IMG/VR virus record: IMGVR_UViG_3300028829_003504
Location: 1 to 64,000 of that record
DNA length: 64,000 nt
Strand: one strand, 5' to 3'
The notes below the pieces were generated by a model, which had not been told where the DNA came from, did no database searches, and saw nothing but the letters and a program-made list of their open reading frames with translations. A program made the position numbers and the translations under genes. Below, piece after piece: positions 1-9,871 of the stretch (the stretch's first letter is position 1; every line of letters begins with the position of its first letter).

Positions 1-309
1 TATAATCAAGCGTTACGTTTAGCTAAGACACTAGCACCTCGCTTACCTGAAGTTAGAGTGGATATATCACCTGACGTATTAGTTAAGGCCGCCTTTGATA
101 TAGCACAGATTGTTCAGGCACTATCTAGATTCGTTGACGATAGTGACGTACAGCAGGTTAAGTTAACCAAGTTCACTGTAGGAAAGCTGCACGACAAACT
201 GGAGCCTATAGCGGAGTTCTTATTAGCGTTACCTAAGAACCACGTGGCTATAAAGCATTTAGATAGCCATATAGCTAGGCTCGGTACGTACATGAAATCT
301 ATAAAGTAA
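1..309 (+). CDS. hypothetical protein, 5'-truncated by window edge
   Basis: Frame is open from base 1 to TAA at 307-309; the ORF-track start at 58 (GTG) is probably internal. Confidence 0.6.
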   Translation, partial: YNQALRLAKTLAPRLPEVRVDISPDVLVKAAFDIAQIVQALSRFVDDSDVQQVKLTKFTVGKLHDKLEPIAEFLLALPKNHVAIKHLDSHIARLGTYMKSIK

Positions 310-313
310 CACT

Positions 314-345
314 AACCCATCTGATTATGTCATTTGGGTTTTTTT
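314..345 (+). terminator. intrinsic terminator
   Basis: AACCCA(314-319)/TGGGTT(335-340) stem followed by a T run, just after the stop codon. Confidence 0.6.
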
Positions 346-391
346 ACGTCTCCACTTCATATTTCTGTTGCGAGATCTAATTTCATATAGA

Positions 392-590
392 CAAACAGAG
401 AGATTGCACTCCTCTGTTTGGATATACCAAAAGCGGAGGGTATTTAGTTTATCCTACTTACCCTCCAATTCTGGCTATCCTGGTATTCTTGCAGGGATAT
501 CTAATAAGAGTTGAAGACCTACCTGTAGTTGTATTTCCGAAAGTACGCTCACTTTTGAAGCGCTACTTCCTGACAACTAGTACTTAGTAC
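392..590 (+). ncRNA. candidate structured RNA or long 5' leader
   Basis: ORF-free, with stems CAAACAGAG/CTCTGTTTG (392-420), GGAGGGTA/TACCCTCC (435-466) and TAGTTGT/ACAACTA (526-579); flanked by TAATTT motifs near 378 and 629. Confidence 0.4.
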
Positions 591-725
591 TTAAATCAGG
601 TTATTTAGCTAAAACATGCTGTATATCTTAATTTTTTACTAGTTCGCAAGAAAGTATGTTCTCTTGCGTAACTTTGATGATGTGAGAATCATATTTTCTT
701 GCTTAACTATTAGGAGTCGCTCGAT

Positions 726-2684
726 ATGGCGGTTAAGAAAAAACTCGGCAAAAGAATGGTACCAGCATTTGCTGGAATCATTGTAGCCGGTGCTTCAAAA
801 AATGAAGCTATCAACCATTACCGTGCCGTTGCCTCTGGTGAGGATGCTCAAGCCCTACGTTCTTCTGACAGTAAATACCAAATGGTAACTGTTGCAAGCT
901 CGGCTGACAGCTTTTTCGATCCATTGACAGGTAACCATGACATGGTAGCTATAGATGCTAATCTAGCATCGGAATCAAGCGGACTTTCGGAGCCTGTACA
1001 GGCGTTTATGACGGTTTGTGCTGACGGATGTGGACACGTTGTTATTGCTGACAGTGACCAAGCCGTTAAATTCTGCCCTAGCTGTTCAACGGCTATTCCG
1101 GACTTAGACAATGACGAAATTGATCGTTTGTGTGCTGAGTCGGAAACGGAGTCTGCTTTAGAAGGTCCTACTGGCCATCAAGGTGTAATAGTTGCTGCAA
1201 CGTCTTACGACGAAGCAGAAACCTTATTTCTTGAAGCCATGAATGGTGAAAATATTGTTGGTATTGTTGATACCACTGACGATGGTGCTAACGTATCAGA
1301 ATCTAGCAGTACTGGTTTAGCTTTTAACACGCATCGCAAATGCGGTGTCAACTTTAGTCCTTTCTTCGGTGAGTCATCTGTTGAAAAAAGTAACGAAGTT
1401 GTATCGGAATTTGAAGCAGTAGCCTCAAATGAAGATGGTGAGTCTGGCTTTGTAGGACAATACTTACTTTGTTCGGATGACACTAATTGTGGTATGCACA
1501 TTATAGCATCTAACAACGAAGCCGTATTCTGTCCATCATGTTCTGGCAACTTAGTCGACCCACAAGATCTTGTGGATATGGAAAATGAAGCGTTAGCCAC
1601 AGGTAATGAAATCTATGCTTCATCTGACGACGACGAAGATGACGACGAAGATGACGACGACAACGTCAGTGTTGATCCTTCAGGCGACGACGAAGATGAC
1701 GACGACGAAGATGACGATGACCTGAAATCTGAATCGACAGGCGACGACATGGACGAAGGCGACGACATGGACGAAGGTGAAGACTTCGAAGAAGAAGATA
1801 CGGATCTTGACGACCTTGACGACCTTGAAGACGATGAAGACGATGAAGACTTCGATTCAGAATCATCTAACCAAGAATTTAAAATCAATATGCTTCAACT
1901 TATCGCTTCTAACGAAGATGATGGCCTTGAAGCATCTCAACTGTCAGTTGCACATTGTGGTTCAATTGCAGGCGTTGAAACTTGGACGGCCTTTTATAAA
2001 GGTACTCCAGTAGCGATGGCTAAAGCAAACGCAGTACCTGACAGTGTATCTAATATTTTCAACACATCTAAGTTTGGCGAAGCCACTGCGGCATCCGCCC
2101 GAGAGCTTGGTGTTGAATCTGCTTTATCTTCTATGGGATTCCAGGCTATTGTACCTGACTGTTCTATGGAAGTTGCCGTTGCCCAAGCCATCCTTGATGA
2201 AGCCGATAGTATAAAGCAACAAGCTTTAGCCTCTGTCGATACTTTACGCAATGACATGGTAGCAAGCTTCGGTTCTGCACTAGCTACTTCCGCTATGGGT
2301 ATTAACCGTGGTGTGTTTGCAGGTGTAAGTAACCCTATCCGAGATAACTTAGTTGCATCTTTAAGTGCAGCGGGTATCAAAGATCCGGCACCACTTGTCG
2401 ACCGCGCTTTCGAGCAAGGCTCAGACTCGTATGCCAAAATTCTTCTGGCCAAAGCTTCGGACATAAACTCCAAGGCGCCTGAGGTTCAGAATCAAATAGC
2501 AGAGTCGGTCTCACAGACTAACTTCTTAGCAGCACATGCTTCTACACAAGGCGCAGAGTCTATTGGTACGGTTATCACCAGTACAAGTAGTAACCGCGAC
2601 AACGTAGCAGACCCGATGTTAAGTAAATCTAGTTCGTCGGACATGAAATCTATGGTTCAAGGTCTTAACCTAAGCCGTCGTTAA
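726..2684 (+). CDS. putative prohead core/scaffold-like structural protein
   Basis: 652 aa, very acidic, two repeats with C-x-x-x-C...FCPSCS zinc-ribbon motifs and a long D/E tract; two genes upstream of the capsid gene. Confidence 0.6.
   Translation: MAVKKKLGKRMVPAFAGIIVAGASKNEAINHYRAVASGEDAQALRSSDSKYQMVTVASSADSFFDPLTGNHDMVAIDANLASESSGLSEPVQAFMTVCADGCGHVVIADSDQAVKFCPSCSTAIPDLDNDEIDRLCAESETESALEGPTGHQGVIVAATSYDEAETLFLEAMNGENIVGIVDTTDDGANVSESSSTGLAFNTHRKCGVNFSPFFGESSVEKSNEVVSEFEAVASNEDGESGFVGQYLLCSDDTNCGMHIIASNNEAVFCPSCSGNLVDPQDLVDMENEALATGNEIYASSDDDEDDDEDDDDNVSVDPSGDDEDDDDEDDDDLKSESTGDDMDEGDDMDEGEDFEEEDTDLDDLDDLEDDEDDEDFDSESSNQEFKINMLQLIASNEDDGLEASQLSVAHCGSIAGVETWTAFYKGTPVAMAKANAVPDSVSNIFNTSKFGEATAASARELGVESALSSMGFQAIVPDCSMEVAVAQAILDEADSIKQQALASVDTLRNDMVASFGSALATSAMGINRGVFAGVSNPIRDNLVASLSAAGIKDPAPLVDRAFEQGSDSYAKILLAKASDINSKAPEVQNQIAESVSQTNFLAAHASTQGAESIGTVITSTSSNRDNVADPMLSKSSSSDMKSMVQGLNLSRR
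1626..1860 (+). repeat. low-complexity GAC/GAA/GAT repeats encoding a poly-acidic tract
   Basis: GACGACGAAGAT repeats and tandem GGCGACGACATGGACGAA x2 near 1740-1777. Confidence 0.8.
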
Positions 2685-2714
2685 TAACTTTTTTGGTAAC
2701 TTGGAGACATTAAT

Positions 2715-3413
2715 ATGTTGAATTACCGTGGTACAATTTTCACACAAACAGATAGCTCAAAAGTAGCAACTGGTGAAATCATAAATGAAGAAGGCGCAGC
2801 ATTAGTAATCTTACGTGAAGGTTCTAGTTCTGTAATACAAGAGTCGAAAGGTGCATCAGGTGAAATCTTTGCAGGTTTTTCTTATGAACGTACTCGTCGT
2901 CCATCTATCCTAGCTGCAATCGAAGAAGGCGTTATTGCTGATTCGATTATACGTTTAGGCCGTACCCCTGAGCCTGGTAAGATTGCTATCTGGGTTGCAG
3001 GTACAGAAATCACAATCGAAGTTGGCGCAGATGCACCTGATGATGCAACTACCGTTAACTTAAATGGAAGTGAAATCCTTACCCATGCTGACATGAATGA
3101 TAAAGATTTTATTGTTCAGTATCTATATGAGCCTACAGTTAGCGAAGCCCGTTTATTTGGTGAAGGTAACGAATTTTCTGCAACTCCAGCCTCTGCTGAT
3201 ATTGGTGTTTGTGGTCGTATTCTTGGTGGTGTAGTTTCAACTAACTTCTTCGACATTGATGCCGATTGGTCTGATGAAACTAAAATGCACCCAAGCCTCG
3301 GCGCAGATGGTCGTTTGACTATTGGCGGTCCTGGTACTGAGCTGACTAACCTTATCATTAAGGAAGCTCCTCGTTCAGATAGTGCTTTCCTTACTGTCGA
3401 ATTCATTCGCTAA
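2715..3413 (+). CDS. putative capsid decoration/structural protein
   Basis: 232 aa, beta-rich and acidic, strong GGAG RBS, immediately upstream of the capsid gene. Confidence 0.55.
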   Translation: MLNYRGTIFTQTDSSKVATGEIINEEGAALVILREGSSSVIQESKGASGEIFAGFSYERTRRPSILAAIEEGVIADSIIRLGRTPEPGKIAIWVAGTEITIEVGADAPDDATTVNLNGSEILTHADMNDKDFIVQYLYEPTVSEARLFGEGNEFSATPASADIGVCGRILGGVVSTNFFDIDADWSDETKMHPSLGADGRLTIGGPGTELTNLIIKEAPRSDSAFLTVEFIR

Positions 3414-3460
3414 TTAGTTACCTGGTAACTTTCTATTAAAACAAATTTGGAGTTTTAAAT

Positions 3461-4567
3461 ATGCAAAATTTACGTAACGTAAATCAAATGGTAACTAAGA
3501 CAGGTAGTCCCCTGAGCGGTGTTACGCTAAACGGCCGAGGTAATACTCCGTCAGTTTCAATCTCGAACGACGGTAATATCTCAGCTTACACTAATGCTGA
3601 TGCGTTAGCACAAGCCCAGCAATTAATGGCTTTAAGTTCTTCGCAGCAAGTTGTTCCTGCTCAGTCTGTTTCTACAGCCGCAGAACAACGCTTACAGAAT
3701 GAAAGTCGTCAAGAAGCAGTTGCCCGTGCTCAAGAATCGGACGTTGAATGGTCAGCACTTGGTGCCGCATTAGCGGATGAAATTCAAGAGCAAGCTGATC
3801 GTGACGGTTTCTTACGTCGCATTTGTCAAGGCCAAACTTTACGTCAAGGCGAATTGCCTCGAGTACCTATGGAGCAAAACATTGCGGAAGCAATTGTTGC
3901 AACTTCTGAGTCTCAAATGGGCTATCAACGCCTAACAGCTAAAGTAATGAACCCGCCTGAATTCCAAATCAAAGCAAACGTTCGCGTTGCTCAAATCGAT
4001 TTGGACCAAGTATCTGGTGATTTACTTGACAAAGCTTACAACGACGGCTTAAACGCTATCATGGTAGAAGAAGATCGTATGTGGAAACGTGCTGCCGACC
4101 AAGCTGTAGGTATCGTTAATCCGATTACATACATTCAAGGTCGTTTAAGTCCTCGTTACTTATCTGAGCTTCGTACGTCGGTAACTAACTGGAACTTACC
4201 TGTTTCAACTGCTATCTTAAGTAATGATTACTGGAACGACATTAATGGCGATCCTGAATGGGCTACAATGCTTGATCCAATCACACAGCATGATTTAGTT
4301 CTTCACGGCCAAATCGCAACGTTGCAAGGTATGACATTATTGACTGATGGTTACCGTGCACCTAACCAGATTGTTTTACGTCCTGGTGAAATCTACGTTG
4401 TTGCTGATGCTAAATACCACGGTTCTTACTCAACTCGTGGTGGTATTCGCTCTGAACCTACTTCAGGCGCTAATAGCGGTGATACTACTAAGGGCTGGTT
4501 AATGCACGAAACTTTTTCTTTTGTTTTGGCTAATCTACGTTCTGTTGCCAAAGGACAAAGAATCTAA
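3461..4567 (+). CDS. major capsid protein (HK97 fold)
   Basis: 368 aa; jumbo-phage capsid patterns such as EEDRMW and C-terminal GQIATLQGMTLLTDGYR...LRPGEIYVV...GWLMHE; strongly biased codons, strong RBS, head-module position. Confidence 0.85.
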   Translation: MQNLRNVNQMVTKTGSPLSGVTLNGRGNTPSVSISNDGNISAYTNADALAQAQQLMALSSSQQVVPAQSVSTAAEQRLQNESRQEAVARAQESDVEWSALGAALADEIQEQADRDGFLRRICQGQTLRQGELPRVPMEQNIAEAIVATSESQMGYQRLTAKVMNPPEFQIKANVRVAQIDLDQVSGDLLDKAYNDGLNAIMVEEDRMWKRAADQAVGIVNPITYIQGRLSPRYLSELRTSVTNWNLPVSTAILSNDYWNDINGDPEWATMLDPITQHDLVLHGQIATLQGMTLLTDGYRAPNQIVLRPGEIYVVADAKYHGSYSTRGGIRSEPTSGANSGDTTKGWLMHETFSFVLANLRSVAKGQRI

Positions 4568-4587
4568 GGTTAGTCCTTAAATTCTAA

Positions 4588-4758
4588 CAGGGTGTTGCAT
4601 TGCAGCGCCCAACCAAAACTCTTTCCGATTAATAGCGAACACGACCGGCCAGTCCTGACGAAGTCCAATCACTTTGTCTAACTCTATTAATCTGATTCAC
4701 AATGATTGGATTGAAACATGGAAAGAGTTTTGGTGGGCGCTGCTAGTGCCTTGCCTTG
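4588..4758 (+). ncRNA. long structured element in the capsid-gene 3' UTR
   Basis: About 30 bp stem 4597-4626/4720-4749 with G-U pairs on the + strand; inner stem 4662-4671/4703-4712; possible pseudoknot 4627-4635/4684-4692. Confidence 0.6.
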
Positions 4759-4802
4759 TGCATTGGTAAACTTCCCTGGGTCTATCAGCGATAGGCCTCT
4801 TT

Positions 4803-4836
4803 GGCTGAGTTGAAATACACTCAGTCTTTTTTTTTT
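4803..4836 (+). terminator. intrinsic terminator
   Basis: GGCTGAGT...ACTCAGTC hairpin followed by 10 T. Confidence 0.8.
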
Positions 4837-4849
4837 GTGGAGCGGTTTC

Positions 4850-5329
4850 ATGCAGAACAACGCTAAAGACCTTATTGCCTTAGCAGCCCTTGCCTTTAAT
4901 CGAAAAGATTTTGAGACAGCAGGTACATTATTTGCATCTGCTATGTCTACTAAAGATACCGGAGAGTTCATTGAAAGCCTTATGGCAGACAACTACTCAC
5001 TGGCGGCTTTGTCTAGTACACTTGAAAACATTTCGGAAGAAACAGAACTAGATAATCTAGCTTCTGCTGCTGCTACGTTAAGCCTTTCTATGGAAAGTAC
5101 ATTCAAAGATAAAACCAAAGCCGCCTTGTCGGAGAGTGGGTTTATTAATGAAGACGAATTATCTGAATCTTATAGTGGAGATCACTATGATGACGAGGAT
5201 GATGAAGATGACGATGACGATGACGATGACGCAGACGAGGATGATGGAGAGGATGATGAAGATCTAAAATCAGAATCTTCAACGATAGACTTCGGTGCCG
5301 TAAGGTCTCCAATTCAAATCATTGAATAG
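4850..5329 (+). CDS. acidic head-associated/scaffold-like protein
   Basis: ATG at 4850 with GGAG RBS preferred over the track start 4835; poly-D tract and S-E-S motifs as in 726..2684. Confidence 0.65.
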   Translation: MQNNAKDLIALAALAFNRKDFETAGTLFASAMSTKDTGEFIESLMADNYSLAALSSTLENISEETELDNLASAAATLSLSMESTFKDKTKAALSESGFINEDELSESYSGDHYDDEDDEDDDDDDDDADEDDGEDDEDLKSESSTIDFGAVRSPIQIIE

Positions 5330-5339
5330 TCCAAAATGA

Positions 5340-5380
5340 CCTCGACAGATGTAGTTTATGCTATATCCTCGAGGCTTTTT
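5340..5380 (+). terminator. possible terminator
   Basis: CCTCGA...TCGAGG stem followed by CTTTTT. Confidence 0.45.
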
Positions 5381-5389
5381 ACGTTTTAG

Positions 5390-6058
5390 GTGATAATCAT
5401 GACAGAACACGTACCAGCACGTTCCATTGATTTCCTAGATGGAGTGGAAAAGTCTGACGCTCCTCTTCTAGCTACGTTGCTTGGTTTTAGGACACAGGTA
5501 CAGAACCATCTACGTATTAAAAAGTTCCCTCTAATATTTGATGACGATCCTAAAGGCGCCATTAAACGGGCTTACGCAGGGTCTATATCTCTTCCTTACG
5601 GTTACTGGCGTATATCGTCAATGAACCTATCTGAGGACGACCAAGCTATACAACAAATCAAAAGAGCAGGCAGTGGCTTCTCTATGCCGGATTTAGAAGA
5701 TGCTGTTATTAATAAAGACTTCCTATTTAGGGCCAACATTGAGGTAGAGTGTACTTACATTAACGATGACCCTAGAGAAGTCTTAGCTTTCGTAGAGAGG
5801 TTAATGATCGTTAACGCTACTCGTATGTTAACCTTTGAGATACATCTTCCTACAGGCTCTAATTGGACTGTTACTCCTTTCGCTTCCGAGAAAGGTGCTA
5901 GTATTCCGCAAGCCACTAGGGAAGACGAAGGTAAACCTGGAGTAATGGAAGTTACCTTTAGTTATAGGCTGAGTACTAAGACTGGACTCATTAAACCTGT
6001 AGCTAAGATTAATAACGACGGTCACATAACTACTAATACCAAAATAGGGAGACCTTAA
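5390..6058 (+). CDS. putative neck/tail-completion structural protein
   Basis: 222 aa, between head genes and sheath; function inferred from position only. Confidence 0.45.
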   Translation: MIIMTEHVPARSIDFLDGVEKSDAPLLATLLGFRTQVQNHLRIKKFPLIFDDDPKGAIKRAYAGSISLPYGYWRISSMNLSEDDQAIQQIKRAGSGFSMPDLEDAVINKDFLFRANIEVECTYINDDPREVLAFVERLMIVNATRMLTFEIHLPTGSNWTVTPFASEKGASIPQATREDEGKPGVMEVTFSYRLSTKTGLIKPVAKINNDGHITTNTKIGRP

Positions 6059-6429
6059 TGCGAAAAAGAGCTAACCCGTATAAAGAGCAAGGACGAACCA
6101 TTGTAACACAGTTGGCTATGTCACTTACTAGAATTACTACACGTAGTAGTTTGTTTAAGCAGAGCGTATCAGCTAACATACCCGATGGTGAACCCTTTTA
6201 CAATATAGACCAGAATATGTCAGTTGATGTTCCACATGAAATCACAGGCATTAAGCATCTGCTTTATATTAAAACGCCACAGAAGGTTAATCTTACAATT
6301 GAAAAAGACGGAATGTCAATCACTCAAGAAGTCGATGGCCTTTATGTATTTCACGGTAAGATTGATGGGGTAATAAAAATTACCTCTGCACTTGAAGAAC
6401 CAGTCATGTGCAACTTGGTTTATTCGTAA
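6058..6429 (+). CDS. hypothetical virion protein
   Basis: 123 aa, translationally coupled (TAATG) to the upstream gene. Confidence 0.6.
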   Translation: MRKRANPYKEQGRTIVTQLAMSLTRITTRSSLFKQSVSANIPDGEPFYNIDQNMSVDVPHEITGIKHLLYIKTPQKVNLTIEKDGMSITQEVDGLYVFHGKIDGVIKITSALEEPVMCNLVYS

Positions 6430-6463
6430 TTTAGTTACATACTAAATAGAGGAGACATAGTAT

Positions 6464-8065
6464 ATGTTAGCAACTAACAGCCCTAGTGCTGGTGTCTATA
6501 CTGTCGAAAATGACAGGTCGCAACGTATTAAAGCGGCTTCTACTTCTATCGGAGCGATCGTTGGTGCAGCAAATAGAGGTCCAATAATGGAACCTACTAT
6601 CTGTTTCGACAATGAAGAATTCCGTCAGAAGTTCGGCAAGAAAGACCCACGCATCGGTTACATGCACTACTGCGCCGAAGCTTTTCTTGAGCAATCAAGA
6701 CTAAGCGTAGTACGTGTTGCATTAGATACAAAACTTGGCGGTGTTTACATTGCCACCGAATCGAATTTTTCCAAGCCTAGAACTTTACCTGCTGGTTTAG
6801 ACTCTGCTGACTTGTTAGACTTCGGAGTCGAAGACATAATGTTTATTTATGCCGTAGACCCGGGCAAATGGAATAACGAACTACGTATAGTTTGGTACCC
6901 AGATGTAAACGACGCAGAAGGTCAGGCTTTCTTTATTCAGGTATACGAAGGTAATACAGGTATCGCTACCGAGATTCACCATTGTACTACTCATGAAAAA
7001 GTTAACGGTAACGGTACTCAGATGTTTGTTGAAGACGTTATTAATGAAGGCTCAAATTTAATCCGAGTCCGCATTAATGAGAACCATCCTGCATTTGACA
7101 ACAATGATGAACCTGTACTTATAAACGCTGTAGGTGAAGCTACCCTTACTGGAGGCGATGATGGTTTACCTTTTAGCTTAGGTGAGCCTAGATTCGTAGC
7201 AGCGTGCTTACAAGCCTGGGAGTTGTATTCTGATTGGGAACAAGTCGAAGTTAATATCTTAATTAACGGCGGTTTGTCTATACCTTCAATCCAATTGAAG
7301 ATGGATGAAATCTGTATACGTAGACAGGATTGTATTGCTGTACTTGATATACCTAGCGATAAGCAAGACCCTATAGATGCAGTGGATTATCGACGTAATA
7401 CCTTGAATTTGAATAGTTCATTAAGTGCTTCTTATGCACCTGATATTTTAATCAGAGACAAAGATAACGGACGTGATCAATACGTTCCACCTTCAGGCCA
7501 TGTTGCAGCGCGTTACGCCTTTACGGATAATGACTTCGCTACTTGGTTTGCACCAGGCGGTCTTACTAGAGGTAGAATGCCTACTGCTATTGGCTTACGC
7601 CATAACTACAAGTTAAGTCACAGAAACATTCTTACTGAGAACCAAATCAACTCGATTATATCAGTTGAAGGTAACGGTATTAATATCTGGAATGCCGATA
7701 CTATGTATGCAATAAAGTCAGCATTAAACGACATTGGTATTCGTCGTATGCTATGCTTCTTACATTCTAGTGTTCGCATCAATAATTTGTATGCGGTATT
7801 TGAACCTAACGATAGTATCTTACGCCAACGTCAACGTTCTTCTGTGGAAGACTTGCTTGAGCCTATTTTACGAGGCCGAGGTTTATACTGGTACCAGGTA
7901 GTATGTGACGAAAGAAATAACACGGCTGAAACAACGGATAATGGCGACTTGATTGTTGACATTTACCTAGACCCAGTCCGATACACTAAGCGAATCCATT
8001 TAAGTGCGATTATTCCTCGTACAGGCCAAATAGATTTTGCTGAAAAACTTATTAACAATAGTTAA
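6464..8065 (+). CDS. tail sheath protein
   Basis: N-terminal SAGVYTVEND...GAIVGAANRGP, PGKWNN, PPSG, WFAPGG..RG and C-terminal IRR...FEPND motifs of contractile sheaths. Confidence 0.93.
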   Translation: MLATNSPSAGVYTVENDRSQRIKAASTSIGAIVGAANRGPIMEPTICFDNEEFRQKFGKKDPRIGYMHYCAEAFLEQSRLSVVRVALDTKLGGVYIATESNFSKPRTLPAGLDSADLLDFGVEDIMFIYAVDPGKWNNELRIVWYPDVNDAEGQAFFIQVYEGNTGIATEIHHCTTHEKVNGNGTQMFVEDVINEGSNLIRVRINENHPAFDNNDEPVLINAVGEATLTGGDDGLPFSLGEPRFVAACLQAWELYSDWEQVEVNILINGGLSIPSIQLKMDEICIRRQDCIAVLDIPSDKQDPIDAVDYRRNTLNLNSSLSASYAPDILIRDKDNGRDQYVPPSGHVAARYAFTDNDFATWFAPGGLTRGRMPTAIGLRHNYKLSHRNILTENQINSIISVEGNGINIWNADTMYAIKSALNDIGIRRMLCFLHSSVRINNLYAVFEPNDSILRQRQRSSVEDLLEPILRGRGLYWYQVVCDERNNTAETTDNGDLIVDIYLDPVRYTKRIHLSAIIPRTGQIDFAEKLINNS

Positions 8066-8076
8066 CGGAGCATACC

Positions 8077-8586
8077 ATGCCTAAAGTTGAACTAAAAGAA
8101 CTTCAAGATAACGTTAAAGACCCGTTGCTATCTGATAACTACGAAATCGTTTTCGCTTTACCTTCCGGTATAGGCGGTGATGCAGCCTCGTTACGTGTGC
8201 AATGTAAATCTGCCGCAAAGCCGGGTAGTACTATCGAGCAACAAATGGTAGAAGTGTTTGGTCACACTACACGACACGCTGGACGTAAAACATTCAGTGG
8301 TACCATGTCAATTTCTTTCCAAGAGAACAGTACTGCAACAATTACTACTATCTTAGAAGATTGGCACGAACTTATCCGTAGTACGGAAGGTCAAATTGGT
8401 GCATTCAAATCTGAATACGCTACTAACGCTGAGTTCCATCTTCTTAACCAGAAGGGAGAGCCTATTCGTTCATACAAGATTCATGCGGTATGGCCTACAG
8501 AAGTTCCTGAAATTCCAATGGAACAATCTGCTACGGCAATTGAATTATCTGCAACATTCTCGTTTGACCACTATACTCCTATCTAA
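8077..8586 (+). CDS. tail tube protein (T4 gp19-like)
   Basis: 169 aa after the sheath; AGRKTFSGTMSISFQE...W...VWP...F.FD pattern. Confidence 0.85.
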   Translation: MPKVELKELQDNVKDPLLSDNYEIVFALPSGIGGDAASLRVQCKSAAKPGSTIEQQMVEVFGHTTRHAGRKTFSGTMSISFQENSTATITTILEDWHELIRSTEGQIGAFKSEYATNAEFHLLNQKGEPIRSYKIHAVWPTEVPEIPMEQSATAIELSATFSFDHYTPI

Positions 8587-8603
8587 CAGAGTATTCTCGG
8601 TAA

Positions 8604-8624
8604 AGGGGGCTTCGGCCCTCATTT
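8604..8624 (+). terminator. UUCG hairpin terminator
   Basis: GGGGGC-TTCG-GCCCTC-ATTT after the tube gene. Confidence 0.55.
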
Positions 8625-8660
8625 ACATTATCTTAAGCTAATTAAAGAGCAGCTATTTTT

Positions 8661-9335
8661 ATGTTAGTTTCGTTATCAGCTAAAGCCAAAGTGACAGACT
8701 TTCAGTGGTATACTTTTGAAGGTACGCGTAAGGTCTTGATAGAAAATGCAAACAGACACTACGACCTTGAGATAACCAAGGGTGAGCATTTCGGCCTAAA
8801 GTTAGGACGTACTCATTTCTGGCTGGTTCAAGTCGAAGAGGAATCTGGGGATATTATCAAATTTAAGTTAGAGCCTAAGAACGCTCGAACTATAGTTGAG
8901 AAGTCAAAAGGATTCAGCGGTAAGATAGGTAAGACTAAAGTCCAGCCTGGTACTTTCGGCAAAGAGCGTAAAGCCTCAGGTAAACCTCTTGGTACTACTC
9001 CTACTAGCGCATCACCTTTACCTGGTGGTGTACCTAGAGAAAATAAAGTAATAACCAAAGCAGTTAAAAAGATTAAGTTCCCAGGAGCCTCTAAGATAAC
9101 TCATGTTATGACTCAACGTGCCATCGAGGGTGAGATTTACCATTACTATGATATCAGCGACACATTACCTGGTTATCGACGTAAGCATAAACTTACTGTT
9201 AGAGAGGTAGGTAACTGGGCTAAAGATATTGAAGCCGCCGCCGAGTCTTCTATCAAGGGTATTGATGCTGAGATTGGTACGGTAAGATGGAAAGGTAAGT
9301 TGATAAGAGTGATGGCCTTATTAGAATTGGAGTAG
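8661..9335 (+). CDS. basic protein with MLVSLS leader, putative internal head protein
   Basis: 224 aa, Lys-rich; N-terminal domain aligns with an internal domain of 31602..34613 and with 10628/11337/25016. Confidence 0.6.
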   Translation: MLVSLSAKAKVTDFQWYTFEGTRKVLIENANRHYDLEITKGEHFGLKLGRTHFWLVQVEEESGDIIKFKLEPKNARTIVEKSKGFSGKIGKTKVQPGTFGKERKASGKPLGTTPTSASPLPGGVPRENKVITKAVKKIKFPGASKITHVMTQRAIEGEIYHYYDISDTLPGYRRKHKLTVREVGNWAKDIEAAAESSIKGIDAEIGTVRWKGKLIRVMALLELE

Positions 9336-9338
9336 TCT

Positions 9339-9860
9339 ATGTCAATGAAGAAGACTCTTGAGTTAGCCAAATCACTTAACGAAGGAGATAAGACTCCCTT
9401 ACCTAAATGGTTATGGAAAGTCGAGTCAATGCCTGCCTTCGACGGTGTGACATTAGAGCCTGAATACATCCAACAGTTTGGACTACCTTTTCCTAAGTTC
9501 GATACAGGTAATCAAATTGAAGTCGCCGGCGCTACGTTAACGTTTCCCGGTAAAATAGATGTGTCAAGTGTCACTATGCTTATACACGAAGACAATAAAG
9601 TCCGTGCATTGAAATATATATTCCAATGGATGTCAAACATTAGAAACCCAGTTACTGGGGGTTACTTCTTACCATCTAGATACAAGAAAGGTATTAACGT
9701 AGTCCTCCATGATAACAAGGGTGATCCCTTAGCCAAAGCTTCTTTACGAGGCGTATGGCCTAGTGCCATCCAAGATTGGGAACTGGTATATAACGATGAT
9801 GGGTTTCATCAAGTCAGTGTTCAACTGGAAGTTGACGCTTCCTACTTAGAAATTCTGTAA
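9339..9860 (+). CDS. second tail-tube-fold protein (tube initiator-like)
   Basis: FPGK...HED...W...GVWP pattern parallels the tube at 8077. Confidence 0.7.
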   Translation: MSMKKTLELAKSLNEGDKTPLPKWLWKVESMPAFDGVTLEPEYIQQFGLPFPKFDTGNQIEVAGATLTFPGKIDVSSVTMLIHEDNKVRALKYIFQWMSNIRNPVTGGYFLPSRYKKGINVVLHDNKGDPLAKASLRGVWPSAIQDWELVYNDDGFHQVSVQLEVDASYLEIL

Positions 9861-9871
9861 AGGTAAATATA

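Noticed and set aside
848-3406. Antisense ORFs, including the poly-Ser ORF 1613..1888
   Set aside because: They are shadow frames of the acidic, codon-biased + strand genes and have no RBS or independent motifs.
4643-4720. Canonical hammerhead or hairpin ribozyme call
   Set aside because: CUGACGA-stem-GAAA is present, but no NUH triplet with a proper stem III was found, so it is kept only as a tentative finding.
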